DNA of 6,334 nucleotides from a virus (Duplodnaviria; Heunggongvirae; Uroviricota; Caudoviricetes): IMG/VR virus record IMGVR_UViG_2734482594_000010; one strand, 5' to 3'. Shown piece by piece: positions 4,637 to 6,334 of this stretch (position 1 is its first letter; each line of letters starts with the position of its first letter). The notes under the pieces were generated by a model. It saw only the letters and a program-made list of their open reading frames with translations, ran no database searches and was not told where the DNA came from. The position numbers and the translations under genes were made by a program.

Positions 4637-5695
4637 ATGCTTAATACTGTAAAAATATCCAGTTGTGAGTTAATCAACGCCGACTGCCTGGAATTTATCC
4701 GGTCGTTACCCGAAAATTCTGTTGACCTGATAGTCACGGACCCGCCGTACTTTAAAGTGAAGCCTGAGGGCTGGGATAACCAGTGGAAGGGCGACGATGA
4801 TTACCTGAAGTGGCTGGACCAGTGTCTGGCGCAGTTCTGGCGGGTGCTGAAACCTGCCGGAAGTCTTTACCTGTTCTGTGGTCATCGCCTGGCATCTGAT
4901 ATCGAAATCATGATGCGTGAACGCTTCAGTGTGCTGAACCATATTATCTGGGCGAAGCCGTCCGGACGCTGGAACGGATGCAACAAGGAAAGCCTGCGGG
5001 CGTATTTCCCCGCCACAGAGCGCATTCTGTTCGCGGAACATTATCAGGGGCCGTATCGTCCGAAAGATGCCGGGTATGCGGCGAAGGGCAGTGCACTGAA
5101 ACAGCATGTGATGGCCCCGCTGATTTCTTACTTTCGTGATGCGCGAGCTGCCCTGGGGATAACGGCAAAACAGATTGCAGATGCCACAGGAAAGAAAAAC
5201 ATGGTGTCGCACTGGTTCAGTGCCGGTCAGTGGCAGTTGCCGAATGAAAGCGATTATCTGAAATTACAGGCGCTGTTTGCCCGGGTGGCAGAAGAGAAGC
5301 ATCGGCGTGGTGAACTGGAAAAGCTCCACCACCAGCTGGTGGATACGTATACCTCACTGAACCGGCAGTATGCGGAGCTGCTGAGTGAATATAAACATCT
5401 GCGGCGGTATTTTGGCGTGACGGTGCAGGTGCCGTATACCGATGTGTGGACGCATAAACCGGTGCAGTTCTATCCCGGGAAACATCCGTGCGAAAAACCG
5501 GCAGAAATGCTGCAGCAGATAATCAGCGCTAGCAGTCGTCCGGGTGACCTGATTGCAGATTTTTTCATGGGGTTGGGTTCGACAGTGAAAGCGGCACTGG
5601 CGCTCGGGCGTCGTGCAATTGGCGTTGAGCTGGAGACTGAACGTTTTGAGCAGACGGTTCGGGAAGTACAGGATTTAGTCAGCCAGAACGGATGA
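4637..5695 (+). CDS. DNA N6-adenine methyltransferase, beta-class (motif IV DPPY before motif I FxGxG), 352 aa; orphan (no restriction endonuclease gene in window)
   Basis: Catalytic motif DLIVTDPPYF near the N-terminus and AdoMet-binding motif DFFMGLGST near the C-terminus. About 270-aa insert between them includes an HTH-like stretch (LGITAKQIADATGKK). Confidence 0.9.
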   Translation: MLNTVKISSCELINADCLEFIRSLPENSVDLIVTDPPYFKVKPEGWDNQWKGDDDYLKWLDQCLAQFWRVLKPAGSLYLFCGHRLASDIEIMMRERFSVLNHIIWAKPSGRWNGCNKESLRAYFPATERILFAEHYQGPYRPKDAGYAAKGSALKQHVMAPLISYFRDARAALGITAKQIADATGKKNMVSHWFSAGQWQLPNESDYLKLQALFARVAEEKHRRGELEKLHHQLVDTYTSLNRQYAELLSEYKHLRRYFGVTVQVPYTDVWTHKPVQFYPGKHPCEKPAEMLQQIISASSRPGDLIADFFMGLGSTVKAALALGRRAIGVELETERFEQTVREVQDLVSQNG

Positions 5696-5735
5696 TATTG
5701 AAGAATTAATTACGCGTCGTTATTATGCGGCTCCC

Positions 5736-5811
5736 GGCCCTTTAGCTCAGTGGTGAGAGCGAGCGACTCATAATCGCCAGGTCGCTGGTTCAAATCCAGC
5801 AAGGGCCACCA
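5736..5811 (+). tRNA. tRNA with anticodon CAU (5769..5771), ileZ/ileX-like (tRNA-Ile2 read via lysidine, or tRNA-Met), encoded CCA end
   Basis: Cloverleaf read by hand: acceptor GGCCCTT/AAGGGCC, D-stem GCTC/GAGC, T-stem GCTGG/CCAGC with TTCAAAT loop, anticodon loop CTCATAA, discriminator A plus CCA. Close to E. coli ileX as recalled. One A-C mismatch at the top of the anticodon stem. Confidence 0.8.
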
Positions 5812-5818
5812 TCACATA

Positions 5819-5854
5819 CCGCCATTAGCTCATCAGGAAAGAGCGCCAGCCTTC
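5819..5854 (+). tRNA. 5' portion of a tRNA-Arg-like gene (anticodon loop begins CTTC..., consistent with UCU), truncated by the N run
   Basis: T8-A9, D-stem GCTC/GAGC with 9-nt D-loop, anticodon stem 5' arm CCAGC and loop start CTTC parallel E. coli argU as recalled. Begins 7 nt after the previous tRNA, as in the ileZ-argN-argO cluster of Stx phages. 3' half missing, and the first base is C. Confidence 0.4.
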
Positions 5855-5895
5855 NNNNNNNNNNNNNNNNNNNNNNNNNNNNNNNNNNNNNNNNN
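5855..5895. other. Run of 41 N: assembly or scaffold gap of unknown true length
   Basis: Literal n characters in the sequence. Confidence 0.95.
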
Positions 5896-6020
5896 GAATC
5901 CCCCTGTGCGGAGGGGCAATCAGCGAGTAGGTATATGGGATAATCGCGGATTCAGGTGCTGGTACTGAATTCACCGGGAGGCACCCGGCATCATGCAATG
6001 GCACATAGCGCCACTCTCCA

Positions 6021-6043
6021 GCCCTCTCCGGAGGGGCTTTTCT
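6021..6043 (+). terminator. Possible weak rho-independent terminator (GCCCT/GGGGC stem with one G-U pair, then TTTTCT)
   Basis: Hairpin plus T-rich tail read from sequence; stem is imperfect. Confidence 0.3.
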
Positions 6044-6227
6044 GTGCCGGATACATCACAGTTTCTGGAACCTTAGGTACTACAGTATCAGTCAGGGTGC
6101 TATATTTTCAGATGTGATGAAAGCCTGTCAGCAGGCAGGGCGTATCGGAAATGACCCAGTAGAGAAAACGTTGACTCAGATACCGGTGCTGAGTTACCGG
6201 GAAACCGGCATCACATGACCGCTATCC

Positions 6228-6334
6228 TGAGGTGTACTGGCAATAGCGGACACTACCATTTGTTCTTTTTTTAAGCAGCCATCTGATGATATTTTTCCCT
6301 GAAGGCTGCCGGGGAGATATTCCCCAGACGAGAG
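6228..6334 (-). mobile_element. Second, inverted copy of the same IS3-family right terminus (partial; continues right of the window). Minus-strand frame 6333..6271 reads ...SRLGNISPAAFREKYHQMAA*
   Basis: Exact reverse-complement identity with 1..64. The SP-x-x-F motif near the C-terminus is typical of IS3-family OrfB transposases (recalled, not searched). Confidence 0.6.

Noticed and set aside
4462-4644. + strand ORF (60 aa) across the methyltransferase leader
   Set aside because: Spans a terminator hairpin and the palindromic elements; low-complexity translation; more likely non-coding regulatory DNA.
4706-5212. Minus-strand ORFs (168 aa and 74 aa) inside the methyltransferase gene
   Set aside because: Antisense to a CDS with clear DPPY and FxGxG motifs; R/P/S-rich translation.
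5896-6227. Shiga-toxin or other late-cargo gene after the tRNA cluster
   Set aside because: No ORF of at least 60 aa on either strand; the short ATG-initiated frame at 5993..6076 (27 codons) does not resemble stxA signal peptides as recalled.
1-6334. CRISPR array or other regular short direct-repeat array
   Set aside because: No evenly spaced direct repeats with unique spacers anywhere in the window; the only long repeat is the terminal 64-bp inverted IS end.

Overview
Lambdoid (Qin-like / Stx-phage-like) prophage control region, all genes on the + strand, bracketed by two inverted copies of an IS3-family right end (1..64 and 6228..6334; exact 64-bp inverted repeat). Order: IS end | 3' remnant of a phage ORF | two paralogous small proteins plus a 27-aa hydrophobic peptide, joined by ATGA overlaps | mok/hok type I toxin with a UUCG-loop terminator | small ORF with a probable frameshift | DUF968/YdfU-like protein with two HNH-like motifs | RusA resolvase | Q-like antiterminator | lambda-like late promoter PR' (TAAATT -10 plus AACGAT pause element) and tR' | small HTH ORF | beta-class N6-adenine DNA methyltransferase | tRNA with CAU anticodon | 5' part of a tRNA-Arg-like gene cut by a 41-nt N run (5855..5895) | about 330 bp non-coding | inverted IS end. 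No stx, CRISPR or rRNA found. Best candidates for something undescribed: the three-ORF cassette at the position where Qin carries relBE (274..862), and the HTH-palindrome-methyltransferase cargo behind PR' (4289..5695). All family assignments are from reading the translations and from memory; no searches were run.
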